Sequence record: PZ445527.1
Source: a phage
Direction: 5' to 3' (one strand)
DNA: 64,000 nt
A program made the translations under genes and the position numbers. The notes beneath the pieces were generated by a model, which saw only the letters and a program-made list of their open reading frames with translations, ran no database searches and had not been told where the DNA came from. Below are positions 38,771-48,739 of the stretch, piece after piece (positions within the stretch are counted from its first letter, which is position 1; each line of letters starts with the position of its first letter).

Positions 38771-39189
38771 AGTTGACTAAAGTTTTCATAAAAACTTAGG
38801 AGTCTAGAAGAAAGTGTTGTGCCATCCTAGCAGATGAGCGGCAACAGGTGTATCATCTTGAATGTAAATTATATGGTCAAAAGTTTTACTTTTATTTTAA
38901 ATATAAGATCCCCCAGGGTTCTCATATAGAGCTTTGCCCCCGCCAGAAGGTCTCGTGATGTTTCTAGCAATTTATATTAAATTACTTATTAACTTGTCCT
39001 GTCGCTCCGTATCCTCCGCTACAAGTTAGTAATTTTAAATTACTGAACCACCACACCTTCTGTGTGGCAACTCTAAATGGTTAATTCTATTAACTCATAG
39101 AGTTATGATAACATACATTTAGCTATCTGTCAACGAAAGTTTGTATTTGAGTCTCGGTACAGGTATTGTGCACCGAGACATGCAGAGTA

Positions 39190-40074
39190 TTATAATAATT
39201 CTTGGTATGCTTTTTGATACGCCTCAGTATCTGTAGGTGTATCTTTTGCTAACGCAATTAGTTCATCTGTTATCTGAACATTCGTACTATAACGTTGGTG
39301 GAACTCTTCTGGGATTTCTAGGTATCTATTTATGAACGCTGCAGCAAGCGGTGTAACTAACCCAATTTCTAGGGATAACTTAACTTGTTTCTCATAAATT
39401 AAATATTGAGAGTCAGATGGGGTTGGTGGGGTTACATCAACTTTTTCTGGTTCTTTTTCTGGAAGCAATGGATTGTTATACAATGCTTCATCTGGAAGCA
39501 CAGATTTACGCTCTTTAAATATATAAGTTTCTAGATCCGATGCTTTAGATCCTGAGTAAACAGCGAAGATGCTAGCTTTACCTTGAGATGCCCTAACTGG
39601 TAAGTAACTAGTAGGATAGCTCCTTAATGCATCGTGGAATGGACTTCCTGAGTATTTGTACGTATCCCCATAGAGATCATCAATATTCATTCGTTCATCT
39701 TCAAAGATATGGAAAGAGCTAAATGATGGAATGGTGAAGTATTCCATCTGTAACCCATAAACTAAGAAACGATGTGCATATGCGCTAATCTTTAAGACTG
39801 TAAATGCTTTCTCACCTTCTTTATAAGAATTGCCCTTTGAAGTAACTTGATAACGCTTACAAAACATCTCTACTAGACGTTTCTCATTAATATTGAGTGA
39901 GGAATATAAACGTCCATTTAGCCCTAGAAGGGCATCAAACATAAATGCTAACTTATCTTTTTCTTCTTGGGACAGTTCTGGAAATGGTAATACTTTCGCA
40001 TTAGGAACATTATTGTTCTCTTTAGGTTTTGTTTTACCAGCATTTTGTCTTAGCTTATCTTTAAAGTTATACAT
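39190..40074 (-). CDS. hypothetical early protein
   Basis: 294 aa ORF, first early gene next to repeat region. Confidence 0.55.
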   Translation of the reverse strand: MYNFKDKLRQNAGKTKPKENNNVPNAKVLPFPELSQEEKDKLAFMFDALLGLNGRLYSSLNINEKRLVEMFCKRYQVTSKGNSYKEGEKAFTVLKISAYAHRFLVYGLQMEYFTIPSFSSFHIFEDERMNIDDLYGDTYKYSGSPFHDALRSYPTSYLPVRASQGKASIFAVYSGSKASDLETYIFKERKSVLPDEALYNNPLLPEKEPEKVDVTPPTPSDSQYLIYEKQVKLSLEIGLVTPLAAAFINRYLEIPEEFHQRYSTNVQITDELIALAKDTPTDTEAYQKAYQELL

Positions 40075-40153
40075 TATTATCTCCCGTTTTTAAGGTCTGG
40101 ATGACCTTCTTTTTATTTTAGAGCCTCCATAGAGGCTCGTGTATTAGGAATTA

Positions 40154-40765
40154 TTAATCCTTTTTACTTTCGTTAATAACAGCCCCTAATGCTTCCATAA
40201 TTGCATCTTCTAAACTTCCATGTTTATCAGGATTGCTTAAGTGAATAGTATAAACAGAATTCCTAGAAACTCCAGAGTCCGCTGGTGCTACGCTTTTCAT
40301 GTCAGATTCAAAAGCTTCTTGAGTATGTTTCAATTGTACAGAAGGTCCATAATCTTCACCAACTCGGTAGGACTGATTAGACGACAGTGTACCACCACAT
40401 GGAACATTGTGCAAATCCGACGTTATTTTAGGGCTGTTCCACATTGTAATTGGCCCTGACTGCCACGGATCTCGAATAGTCACAGGAGTACTAGGACGGT
40501 TAACCTCAGTCTTCACAAGTTTATAGCCAGCATCGATTAGTGTATTAATTAGATTATCAGCTGGGATGCGAGCTTTGCCAAAGATCTTACGAGCGTTGTT
40601 GAGCCTACCTTCAAAATCTTTACATGCTTTAATATTAGTGTGCGCAAAGGTTAGCTTCATAGATTTGAACTGTACAGTGGCAGTTAAATCTTTAAAAGCA
40701 TAATCCCACGTATTCAGTTCATGATCTGGTACTACTTGAATAGATTGCTGTGCATATAAAGTCAT
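40154..40765 (-). CDS. hypothetical early protein
   Basis: 203 aa ORF; contains an in-frame copy of the GTGCAAATCCGAC iteron at 40429-40441. Confidence 0.55.
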   Translation of the reverse strand: MTLYAQQSIQVVPDHELNTWDYAFKDLTATVQFKSMKLTFAHTNIKACKDFEGRLNNARKIFGKARIPADNLINTLIDAGYKLVKTEVNRPSTPVTIRDPWQSGPITMWNSPKITSDLHNVPCGGTLSSNQSYRVGEDYGPSVQLKHTQEAFESDMKSVAPADSGVSRNSVYTIHLSNPDKHGSLEDAIMEALGAVINESKKD

Positions 40766-40950
40766 TATTTATTCTCCAGTTTGTCTAACATCTTATGAGC
40801 TGCTAGGTTATATTGTTTAAGTTCACGATTAAGGATTTGGTTCTCACACTTTAGTTCTAGGTTCTCCTTGTTAAGGAGATTGCAGATTAGTAGAAGTGCT
40901 AGTATAACTAGCAGAGAACCTACGAGCATTAAAAGAAAAAGAGTTTCCAT
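40765..40950 (-). CDS. small membrane protein
   Basis: 61 aa, N-terminal TM helix. Confidence 0.45.
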   Translation of the reverse strand: METLFLLMLVGSLLVILALLLICNLLNKENLELKCENQILNRELKQYNLAAHKMLDKLENK

Positions 40951-41183
40951 TATTTAATTCCCATGTAACGTTTGAGATACATGATGAAGTCTTCTGTTGT
41001 ATGTTCTACGCTACCCTGAACCACAAACAACTTTAAAGCCTCACGCTGTAATTTAAGAGCAGCTAACTCACCGCGTAATTTTGTTATATCTTCCGCTAGT
41101 TCTCTAGCTCTGCGCATAATAGCAAATGATACAGATGTTACAATAAATAACATAACTGCTAAAATAATTACTATGAACTCCAT
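40950..41183 (-). CDS. small membrane protein
   Basis: 77 aa, N-terminal TM helix and coiled-coil. Confidence 0.45.
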   Translation of the reverse strand: MEFIVIILAVMLFIVTSVSFAIMRRARELAEDITKLRGELAALKLQREALKLFVVQGSVEHTTEDFIMYLKRYMGIK

Positions 41184-41461
41184 ATTAACATCCAGCTCTT
41201 ATCGTATATTTGGGCATGTTCTACTAATTCATTTATTGATATAGAATTATCGTAGATACTCTCTAGTAAACATTTTCTGTCAAATTTATCTACCAAATAC
41301 TCCGCGCCATTTATCACTACCCTATATAGCTCTGGAACTAAGGGGTGTTTGTTTGGTATTGGGCGACTGCCTAAGTCTATTTCATTATATCCCCACGTTG
41401 TTTTAAATAGTTTGTTACTAAGTGCTGCTAGTGGGTTTGACCATACAATATAGCTACTCAC
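41171..41461 (-). CDS. hypothetical protein
   Basis: 96 aa ORF. Confidence 0.45.
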   Translation of the reverse strand: MSSYIVWSNPLAALSNKLFKTTWGYNEIDLGSRPIPNKHPLVPELYRVVINGAEYLVDKFDRKCLLESIYDNSISINELVEHAQIYDKSWMLIWSS

Positions 41462-42002
41462 TATTTATCTCCATTCTTAACTTTGAAAACTTATTATACC
41501 AAACTATGTAATTATCGTCAATTACAAATTTATGATAACATGCTGGTACGGTATAAGTTCCATAATCCGTGACACGCTGCACAACCTTGTGTGCGCACAG
41601 TCGACATCCATGCCCTTCTAAATGAGATCTAGCAGTTTGCCAGTAATAACCATCATGGTCTGGACAATAGATCTCGACTTGCTGTTGCATTGTCTTATAA
41701 TTTACACGCTCATACCCGAAGAAAGCCCCGTGAGCTGCAATAGCTTTCTTGATAAATATAAGGTTTAGCGCTTCTTGCTGGAAGTCGGGATGTAGCTGCT
41801 TAATTTTAGTTCTATTAATAGACCCATCCGATTTGATGAACCTATTTATTGGAAAGTTGTTAGCTTCCTCGATTAATAATTCATTTACTTTCTCTCTCAT
41901 ATTAGATACTCTCACAACTAAGGTGGAAACATTCGTAAGCATCCCCAGTAAACTCTTTATCTTGTAATAAACACTTAGCCTGGTCTTCCGGTACTCCAGC
42001 AT
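41454..42002 (-). CDS. Cys/His-rich putative zinc-binding protein
   Basis: CPDHDGYYW...HLEGHGCRLCAH; start likely at an internal Met. Confidence 0.45.
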   Translation of the reverse strand: MLEYRKTRLSVYYKIKSLLGMLTNVSTLVVRVSNMREKVNELLIEEANNFPINRFIKSDGSINRTKIKQLHPDFQQEALNLIFIKKAIAAHGAFFGYERVNYKTMQQQVEIYCPDHDGYYWQTARSHLEGHGCRLCAHKVVQRVTDYGTYTVPACYHKFVIDDNYIVWYNKFSKLRMEINSE

Positions 42003-42105
42003 CTAATAATTGTTGTTTACTTGGCTTTTCAGCAAATACCTTTACAAAATACTCGCCATCCTGATTATACTCATTTATATCTCTAGTAAGGACATATACT
42101 TGCAT
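41902..42105 (-). CDS. hypothetical protein
   Basis: 67 aa ORF. Confidence 0.35.
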   Translation of the reverse strand: MQVYVLTRDINEYNQDGEYFVKVFAEKPSKQQLLDAGVPEDQAKCLLQDKEFTGDAYECFHLSCESI

Positions 42106-42161
42106 TTAAAGTTCCTTGAAAACATAAAAGGCCAGAACAATTAAGTCCTGGCCTCCTAAAA

Positions 42162-42599
42162 TTAATGAAGTTGTTTACCACTTCTTAACATAGTGGCCGT
42201 TTCCATAAGACCTAGCGTAGCATCACGCTTATTGATCTGTTTACCAAGTTCATCAGTACGTTTACTGATGTAAGCATTAATAGCCATATTCATAGCTGTA
42301 GCGAGATCTTCTTTGGTTATCTCTTCATCGTCTAAAGCTAATTTAGCCAAAGAATCAAATGTGCTAGAGAGTCCTATAAGATCTGAGGTTTCTCCAGCCA
42401 AAATAGGATTAATATTATCTACTGTTACTTCTAGCATGGAGTTGACAATATCTTCACCGTCTATTAGACCAGTTTCAATATTACTCTCCCACTCCTTCAT
42501 CTGCTCCAATAATGGATTTTTCTTTTCTGTCATGGTAGAGGTTTCCTGTGTCAGTCGGTAAGAAGGATGATTGCGTTTTAGGTGGATGTTGCTTAGCAA
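42162..42599 (-). CDS. hypothetical acidic protein
   Basis: ORF; true start probably internal (MTEKKN). Confidence 0.45.
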   Translation of the reverse strand: MLSNIHLKRNHPSYRLTQETSTMTEKKNPLLEQMKEWESNIETGLIDGEDIVNSMLEVTVDNINPILAGETSDLIGLSSTFDSLAKLALDDEEITKEDLATAMNMAINAYISKRTDELGKQINKRDATLGLMETATMLRSGKQLH

Positions 42600-42942
42600 T
42601 CCAGTTAAGAATCAGCACGCGACTAGGAACAATATCGGTGTTATACCAAAAATCGTGAACCCATTGACGAGCGTCTTCAAACTTACCAAATTTATATGCT
42701 TTCTTAAACAATTCAAATCCAAAACAATCTGGTGTAAAGTCTACTTCGCGATATTGAATTACTTTAGAACCAGTTAGGTCTTGGATCGCTGCATTAATTT
42801 CTGTATGTGAGAATTTTGTTTCATGAAACTTATTAAAGAATCGGTAGTTGAAGCGTCCGTTCGTTTCGACAAACAACTGGATGAAAAGATCGTTAAATTG
42901 GTTATCAAACCAGTAATTCTGTAGTTGTTGTAGTGCTGTCAT
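42481..42942 (-). CDS. hypothetical protein
   Basis: 153 aa ORF. Confidence 0.45.
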   Translation of the reverse strand: MTALQQLQNYWFDNQFNDLFIQLFVETNGRFNYRFFNKFHETKFSHTEINAAIQDLTGSKVIQYREVDFTPDCFGFELFKKAYKFGKFEDARQWVHDFWYNTDIVPSRVLILNWIAKQHPPKTQSSFLPTDTGNLYHDRKEKSIIGADEGVGE

Positions 42943-43139
42943 TTACGAACCCCGTTAATCGCCATAATGATGCCTTCGTACATAAAAGGAAGTAGCCCAG
43001 AAGTATAGAATATACTTTCCGTTATTCCTAGATGTCGAAAAAGTACATTAAATAACGCTGTTAGAAATACAATCTGAGGCAATAATACAAAATACTCAGT
43101 TACAATCTTTGGTGCCTGATAAACAAGACGTTTTATCAT
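42939..43139 (-). CDS. small membrane protein
   Basis: 66 aa, two hydrophobic segments. Confidence 0.4.
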   Translation of the reverse strand: MIKRLVYQAPKIVTEYFVLLPQIVFLTALFNVLFRHLGITESIFYTSGLLPFMYEGIIMAINGVRK

Positions 43140-43238
43140 TGTTTTTAAGTCTCCTTATTACTTTGGCCTGCTCCACAATAATGAAAACTGCGAGCACTAA
43201 TAGTGCTATTAGCCCCGCAGTAATTGGTACTAAATCAA

Positions 43239-43583
43239 TCATGGGAGACGCCATACGTAATTAGCTGTCTGTAGGACCATAGGAGTACCATTATGGTGCA
43301 TTACTACAGACGTTGGAGAGTAACTATTCGCCAGTTCTGTACGAACCATCTCACGTTCTTCTCCAGTTTCAATATTTTTAACAACCACCTTCATTTTGAG
43401 AGGTGTCAGTTCAGAGAGCGGTTTCCAAGAGTCCTCAATTTCAATTCCTACCTTTTTCTCAATTAACATGAGAACTTCTAGTGTATCATCTGGAATACTA
43501 ATATTATTATTTACAAACTGTAACAGCTCATGCAAAGTATTTAATTCGTTGAAATTAAGTTTCATCTTTAAGAATATCCTCAA
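43239..43583 (-). CDS. hypothetical protein
   Basis: 114 aa ORF. Confidence 0.45.
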   Translation of the reverse strand: MRIFLKMKLNFNELNTLHELLQFVNNNISIPDDTLEVLMLIEKKVGIEIEDSWKPLSELTPLKMKVVVKNIETGEEREMVRTELANSYSPTSVVMHHNGTPMVLQTANYVWRLP

Positions 43584-43800
43584 TCATATCACAGGACTGT
43601 TGCAATTCGTCAGCAATGCGCTTAACATCGGTCTTCGTCACTTTACCGATTAACATCACTAGTAGCATAGAAAATATAACAAGGGGAACTGGAATAACAA
43701 ATAATGCTACCTTAACTACATTCTTTGGTGCCCATGTATGGTATTTAGTAACTAGAACTCCCACCACGATTAGATAAAATGCTAGAATAAACATCATCAT
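43555..43800 (-). CDS. small membrane protein
   Basis: 81 aa, two TM helices. Confidence 0.45.
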   Translation of the reverse strand: MMMFILAFYLIVVGVLVTKYHTWAPKNVVKVALFVIPVPLVIFSMLLVMLIGKVTKTDVKRIADELQQSCDMIEDILKDET

Positions 43801-44078
43801 TTTTTAATCTCCGTAATTATCTGTGCACGCATTACTTTATTAGGTAATTTTGTATTCCCAGCTATTGCTTCAATATTATTTAGTTTTTCTTTAAGAATAT
43901 CTGAGCGTCTTTGTGCTAATTCAATATCTTGCTCTTGCTCTAGTAACCGGTGGTGTAGCCCATCATTAGTAATGAGCATACTTTCCATGTTTTTTCGTGC
44001 GTTTACAATCCCAATAACTCCACCAATCGCTACTAGCGTAGTAAGAACCAGTAACCCAATAAGAATTTCAATCAACAT
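43797..44078 (-). CDS. small membrane protein with coiled-coil
   Basis: 93 aa, N-terminal TM. Confidence 0.45.
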   Translation of the reverse strand: MLIEILIGLLVLTTLVAIGGVIGIVNARKNMESMLITNDGLHHRLLEQEQDIELAQRRSDILKEKLNNIEAIAGNTKLPNKVMRAQIITEIKK

Positions 44079-44241
44079 TAAATGTCCTTACATTTTTCAT
44101 TGTTTGGAACTAGTTTACACATCTCCACATTTAACTCGTGGATAGAATTGTCTAGTTCTTCTAAACGTGTGTGAAGAAAAACTATACTATATATTAACAC
44201 TCCTAAAAGGAGTGACAGCATAAAAATGGATAGTCTTTCCA

Positions 44242-44538
44242 TTATTTCTTACCTTTCAGTTGTTTAACTTCACGCTCAAAGCTAGCTGCACGGCGTTCTG
44301 CCACTGCTTGATGCTCCTTAGCAAAGCGTGCCTCTTGTTTTGCTAAGTTAAAGGCCATAGCGTTCTTGTTAAGAGAATCATACATCTTCTTCATCGCCGG
44401 AATAGACATTTTCATCAGTTGCCCCTCAAATCCTTGCATGTCGAGGAGAATTGCTAATACATTGGCCATTTCAGTCTTGGTAAGGTTAGAGGCGTCGAAG
44501 TCTTTAGTCATGTTTTCCATTAGAATTTCCTCTCTCAT
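44242..44538 (-). CDS. hypothetical protein
   Basis: 98 aa ORF with own promoter-like element upstream. Confidence 0.5.
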   Translation of the reverse strand: MREEILMENMTKDFDASNLTKTEMANVLAILLDMQGFEGQLMKMSIPAMKKMYDSLNKNAMAFNLAKQEARFAKEHQAVAERRAASFEREVKQLKGKK

Positions 44539-44544
44539 TAATTT

Positions 44545-44590
44545 ATGAACTTATTATACAGAATTTTGAGGTTTAAAGCAACTGAATTTT
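44545..44590 (-). promoter_or_regulatory. early sigma70-like promoter
   Basis: on - strand TGTATAAT (reverse complement of 44553-44560), A/T-rich upstream, then AATTAATGAGAGAGG RBS region. Confidence 0.45.
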
Positions 44591-44598
44591 TTAATTAC

Positions 44599-45030
44599 TT
44601 ACCAATCGTTAACAACACCAGAGAACTCAGAAGCAAAAACTTTCTCAAATTTTTCTGCAATTTCAGGATGATCCTTACAGATCAACTCAATACATGCTTC
44701 TGGAGTCATTCCTTCGTCTTCAGGATCACCATAATACTTGTCCCAAAGATCGTCAGGGATGATGTGCTCTGCCAAATCTTGGAAAGAGATTAGCTGATAA
44801 CGTTCTGCTTCCTCAGGGATAAGGATTTCACAAAGATCTTTATCTATATCACTACGGTAATCAGCAATTAGCAGGGCATTGCAAGCATGACACTCCCAAA
44901 CCATCAAGCGTTCAGAAATAGAATTAGACTTATCCTGAATGTAGGACTGAAACAGGGTTCGAAAAGTAGCTTTAACTTGTTCAAACTTATCTGCTGCTGC
45001 AAAAACTAGAGCTTTATCAACTTTGTTCAT
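44599..45030 (-). CDS. hypothetical protein
   Basis: 143 aa ORF. Confidence 0.5.
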   Translation of the reverse strand: MNKVDKALVFAAADKFEQVKATFRTLFQSYIQDKSNSISERLMVWECHACNALLIADYRSDIDKDLCEILIPEEAERYQLISFQDLAEHIIPDDLWDKYYGDPEDEGMTPEACIELICKDHPEIAEKFEKVFASEFSGVVNDW

Positions 45031-45057
45031 TTTGTTTCCTTCTCATCAATTTATAAA

Positions 45058-45100
45058 GTAATTATACAGAAACTTAGGCATTTTAGCAAATAAAACTTTT
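45058..45100 (-). promoter_or_regulatory. early sigma70-like promoter
   Basis: - strand TTTGCT-18nt-TGTATAAT (reverse complement of 45061-45068); downstream TTTATAAATTGATGAGAAGGAAACAAAATG. Confidence 0.45.
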
Positions 45101-45197
45101 AATTAAAATGCCTAATCCTGTACTAATAGCAATACAAATGATTATAAGTATTGCTACTGCTTGTATGACTCGTTTAATGATAACCTCAGCTATATAC

Positions 45198-45719
45198 TTA
45201 GACATTTAACATCCAGCTAGTTTTATCATGGGAAGTATACTTACCACTCATGATGTCTTCCAGGCGTACTGGTGATTTTGCATACTCTACACAAACGTTA
45301 ATATAACGAGGGTCTCCCATTAACTCAAAGTGAGTATGCCCATGTAAGTTCTTTTTACCCCTCAGCTCCTCTGGATGTACTGGAGCATGGGAAAGCCAAA
45401 AGTTTTTATACTTAACTAGGGATTGTACATTATCTACTACTCCTACTAAGTCTTTGAAAGATAACCCTTCTCGTTCTAAGTCGTGGTTCCCCAAAACTAA
45501 TATAGTTCTAACATTGCTAAAGAGTTTTTCGAACTTTTCCAAACCATTTCTAGATACAAATGCATCTCCTAAAATATAAAATACTGTACGCTTATCTTTC
45601 ATGGATGTAATAGTATCCATAATAAATTCATCATGCTCTTCCATAGTAGAGAAGATTGGTCTGAATTTAGTAATATTTGCATGTCCTAAATGGAGATCAC
45701 TCCAAAAGCAAACTTTCAT
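45198..45719 (-). CDS. metallophosphoesterase (calcineurin-like)
   Basis: DLHLGH, GDAF, GNHD, GHTH motifs. Confidence 0.7.
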   Translation of the reverse strand: MKVCFWSDLHLGHANITKFRPIFSTMEEHDEFIMDTITSMKDKRTVFYILGDAFVSRNGLEKFEKLFSNVRTILVLGNHDLEREGLSFKDLVGVVDNVQSLVKYKNFWLSHAPVHPEELRGKKNLHGHTHFELMGDPRYINVCVEYAKSPVRLEDIMSGKYTSHDKTSWMLNV

Positions 45720-46594
45720 TAAAGGATCCTCTGTACACCACAGCTATTATTTTTGTCAGTGGTAAATGCTGTGATTTTGCCAGTTTCATCATTAACCTGC
45801 GCAACCGTCAACTGCCCGTTGAAAACACCGCCAGTATCAAGATAAACACGGTTTTTATAAAGAAGTGGGTAAGGTACTCCAGTATGCCCGTGAAACACGA
45901 AATCTATCCCTTTAACTTCTGGCACTTCCACCATATATTCTTCTTTAAATCCTGCATAACGCTGGAAATAGGGGTGTTCCTCAACATTTTTAGACAAGTG
46001 GAAGCCTATTTCTTGGATTACATCTCGATCCCATAAATATGGTTCAACATGGTATCCAGGAGGGTCATGTGGGTCTTCCTTAGCTGCTTCTACTTGTGCA
46101 ATAAGGTTATCCCATACTGGGGTTTCAACTTCGTTACCACATTCTTTGTACATAAAAGGTACACCACCATGAACAACACCATATTTCTTGCCACGATGTT
46201 TAACAGTTAGGAATACTGGCATTTTTTCAGCCATGTCTTCGGCAATATTTTTAATGGTATCTGCATCTAGTTCATTCATAGCCCACATACCACCGTTATA
46301 CATCCAGTTAGCCCAATCTCCTACAATCATAAACTGGTCATGATTTCCACGAACGCTACAGAAACGTGGATTATACAGGAATTTGGCTAAAACTTGTAGG
46401 TTCTGCGTGCCTCGATCAATTAAATCTCCCACGCATACAACGCAATCTTTCTTGCCGTTATAGCCAGCTAATTGTAGTGCATCTTCTAGCAAATCGTTGC
46501 ATCCATGAATATCACCAACAAAGAATAAGTTAACATCATCAGGTACTACTAGTGTTTTATGTACATTAAATTCTTTTTTCATAATTATTCCCAA
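45719..46594 (-). CDS. Ser/Thr protein phosphatase (PPP family)
   Basis: GDIHG, GDLIDRG, GNHD motifs. Confidence 0.75.
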   Translation of the reverse strand: MGIIMKKEFNVHKTLVVPDDVNLFFVGDIHGCNDLLEDALQLAGYNGKKDCVVCVGDLIDRGTQNLQVLAKFLYNPRFCSVRGNHDQFMIVGDWANWMYNGGMWAMNELDADTIKNIAEDMAEKMPVFLTVKHRGKKYGVVHGGVPFMYKECGNEVETPVWDNLIAQVEAAKEDPHDPPGYHVEPYLWDRDVIQEIGFHLSKNVEEHPYFQRYAGFKEEYMVEVPEVKGIDFVFHGHTGVPYPLLYKNRVYLDTGGVFNGQLTVAQVNDETGKITAFTTDKNNSCGVQRIL

Positions 46595-46830
46595 ATAACA
46601 TTTAAAATAGTTGTACCATAGTTATTCGATAGTTTGAGAGTATAACCCTCTTTATTGAGGGCTTTTATAGCCTCATAACTAATTTCGTCACGATTAAGCT
46701 GTACAAAGGAACCTCCAATCTCGACAGAAGATACTATCCTCCGCTTAACCCATCTATACGTTTTCTTTCGGCTCTTAAGGAGTGCAGCTCTATTAACCCT
46801 AGCTAAATGTTTTGCTTGCTCTGCTAACAT
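46585..46830 (-). CDS. hypothetical protein
   Basis: 81 aa ORF; extended -10 (TGGTATAAT on - strand, 46858-46866) upstream. Confidence 0.45.
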   Translation of the reverse strand: MLAEQAKHLARVNRAALLKSRKKTYRWVKRRIVSSVEIGGSFVQLNRDEISYEAIKALNKEGYTLKLSNNYGTTILNVIWE

Positions 46831-46927
46831 TTAATCCTCCTATCAATCTATATAAATATTATACCAAAATTTTTAGCAAAAAGCAAGTAAAATAAAAGCC
46901 TGATCCGCTAAGATCAGGCTTGGTTTA

Positions 46928-47224
46928 TTAATCCTCTGGATTATCATCCAGGAAATTTTTAATAGCTTCGTGCATAGTTTCCTTACGAAGCTGACGTCCA
47001 ATCAAAATATGGTTAGCTTCTACTCGACCATTAGGTAAGCGATCTGCCAGAACTACTACAGGTACTTGACGTACACCAAATTTCTGCATTAATTCTGTAT
47101 TATCAGTCTCTTTATGGACTTCCAAGTTATAGTCATTGACTACTTTATCAAATACTGGCTCGAAAAGAGCACAAGGACGACACGTGGAACCTTTTAATAA
47201 ATAAATAATTTTGCTCATATACAC
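46928..47224 (-). CDS. thioredoxin/glutaredoxin-like protein
   Basis: CRPC redox motif, about 98 aa. Confidence 0.55.
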   Translation of the reverse strand: MYMSKIIYLLKGSTCRPCALFEPVFDKVVNDYNLEVHKETDNTELMQKFGVRQVPVVVLADRLPNGRVEANHILIGRQLRKETMHEAIKNFLDDNPED

Positions 47225-47231
47225 TCCTATT

Positions 47232-47771
47232 TTACTTGTTAAGCTCTTCTAAATCTGGTATATATCCAAGAAACTCCTCAATTAAAGCGTACTCCCCAGC
47301 AATCTCCTGTCTAGACTTATTCGCTAAGTCTACTGCCAGAGCTAAGTCTTCATAATTGAAGGTTCCTTTCATACGTTTTCGGCCTGTTTCATCCGTAATT
47401 TGAACTCTCCATTTCTGCCTATCTTTAGCCCACATAACATTTGCATATCCAGATTTGGACTTTCTATGCTTCTTATTACGACAATTTTGTGGTTTAGATG
47501 CAGAACGTAAGTTTTTCCATCGGTTATTTTGTGGATTTCTATCTATGTGATCCACAAATTCAGGTATATATCCTTCCATATATAGGAAGGCCCATCTATG
47601 GGCTCCCTGCCTCTCCCCTTCCACCATTATCATTATGTAATCATTGTTATATAGAGTTCCAGCTTCCATTCCCCTCTTTACATACTGATTATTACCATCT
47701 ATCTTCCAGGTAAATATCCCGGTTTCTGGATTATATTCTAGTAATTCTTTTAGTCTTTCTTGAGTGATCAC
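47232..47771 (-). CDS. HNH homing endonuclease
   Basis: HNH motif EFVDHIDRNPQNNRWKNLR; AP2-like C-terminal region. Confidence 0.75.
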   Translation of the reverse strand: MITQERLKELLEYNPETGIFTWKIDGNNQYVKRGMEAGTLYNNDYIMIMVEGERQGAHRWAFLYMEGYIPEFVDHIDRNPQNNRWKNLRSASKPQNCRNKKHRKSKSGYANVMWAKDRQKWRVQITDETGRKRMKGTFNYEDLALAVDLANKSRQEIAGEYALIEEFLGYIPDLEELNK

Positions 47772-48172
47772 AATTTATTAATGGCCTCTAAGAAGTTTTT
47801 CATGCACTTAACAGTTGCGGTGCTGAGGTCTAGAGTAGTTCCTAAACATTCTGTTAATGCTGCCTGGTAAGGCGCTTTTAAACGCCCTTCAGGGACTTCT
47901 ACCTTTTTGTAGGTTTTATTCTTTACTTTATCTAGCATAGCTTCAAGAACATTGAGAGGCAACTTCGCACCCTCAATATTCACACCAAGCATTTCGGTCA
48001 GCATGTTATTAAGATCAATACGAGTAAGTTTCTTGCCTTTAGACATAGTAGTTCCTGCCTTCTTCTCAAGTTTTTTACGCTCTGGTGAATCGAGGTCACG
48101 TAATGCGATGTTCAACTCATATGGAGCCATGTTATAATGTTCCGCCATTTGAGTGTAGAAACGATCAGACAT
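47768..48172 (-). CDS. hypothetical protein
   Basis: 134 aa ORF. Confidence 0.5.
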   Translation of the reverse strand: MSDRFYTQMAEHYNMAPYELNIALRDLDSPERKKLEKKAGTTMSKGKKLTRIDLNNMLTEMLGVNIEGAKLPLNVLEAMLDKVKNKTYKKVEVPEGRLKAPYQAALTECLGTTLDLSTATVKCMKNFLEAINKL

Positions 48173-48247
48173 AGTATATACCTCTCTTAACTAATTTATG
48201 TATATATTATATAATAACTAGGGCTAAAAGTCAACTACTTTTTTATC

Positions 48248-48664
48248 TTAATCTACTGCATGTATAAATCTTTTCCTAACTAGATACATAGTTATTGGGT
48301 AAATTGAGTACATAAGTATAGGGGAGAAAAGGGTGAAATACGCTGTAACTCCCCCAGCTAACATCAAAGGTATTAATGCTAGAGTAAGGGCCATAAGAAT
48401 CATACCGAATGAAACAGCCAAAGCTATGGATATAGGATTCTCTAGTTCCATCCATAACCAACAATATTTCGTATCTCTGTGGCAATTGCATTTACAAACG
48501 CCGAATAAACCCATAATTATATACTCTAGTCCGTGAATAACCTTTATTAATAAGCTATTTCGGGTAGTTAATGCAATGATAGTAAAGACTATCATTAAAA
48601 CGAATACTACTAGACTTATTTTCCAAATACCTAGCAGCATCATAGTGAATAGTTCTGCAAACAT
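48248..48664 (-). CDS. integral membrane protein
   Basis: 138 aa, about 4 TM helices. Confidence 0.5.
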   Translation of the reverse strand: MFAELFTMMLLGIWKISLVVFVLMIVFTIIALTTRNSLLIKVIHGLEYIIMGLFGVCKCNCHRDTKYCWLWMELENPISIALAVSFGMILMALTLALIPLMLAGGVTAYFTLFSPILMYSIYPITMYLVRKRFIHAVD

Positions 48665-48703
48665 GGCTTTCTCCTATCTTCAAAAGTTATTAAAGCCCCC
48701 TTT

Positions 48704-48730
48704 GCCTAAAAAGGCGGGAGTATTCCCGCC
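48704..48730 (-). terminator. rho-independent terminator after endolysin gene
   Basis: hairpin GGCGGGA-gtat-TCCCGCC followed on - strand by TTTTTAGG. Confidence 0.55.
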
Positions 48731-48739
48731 GTATCTTAC

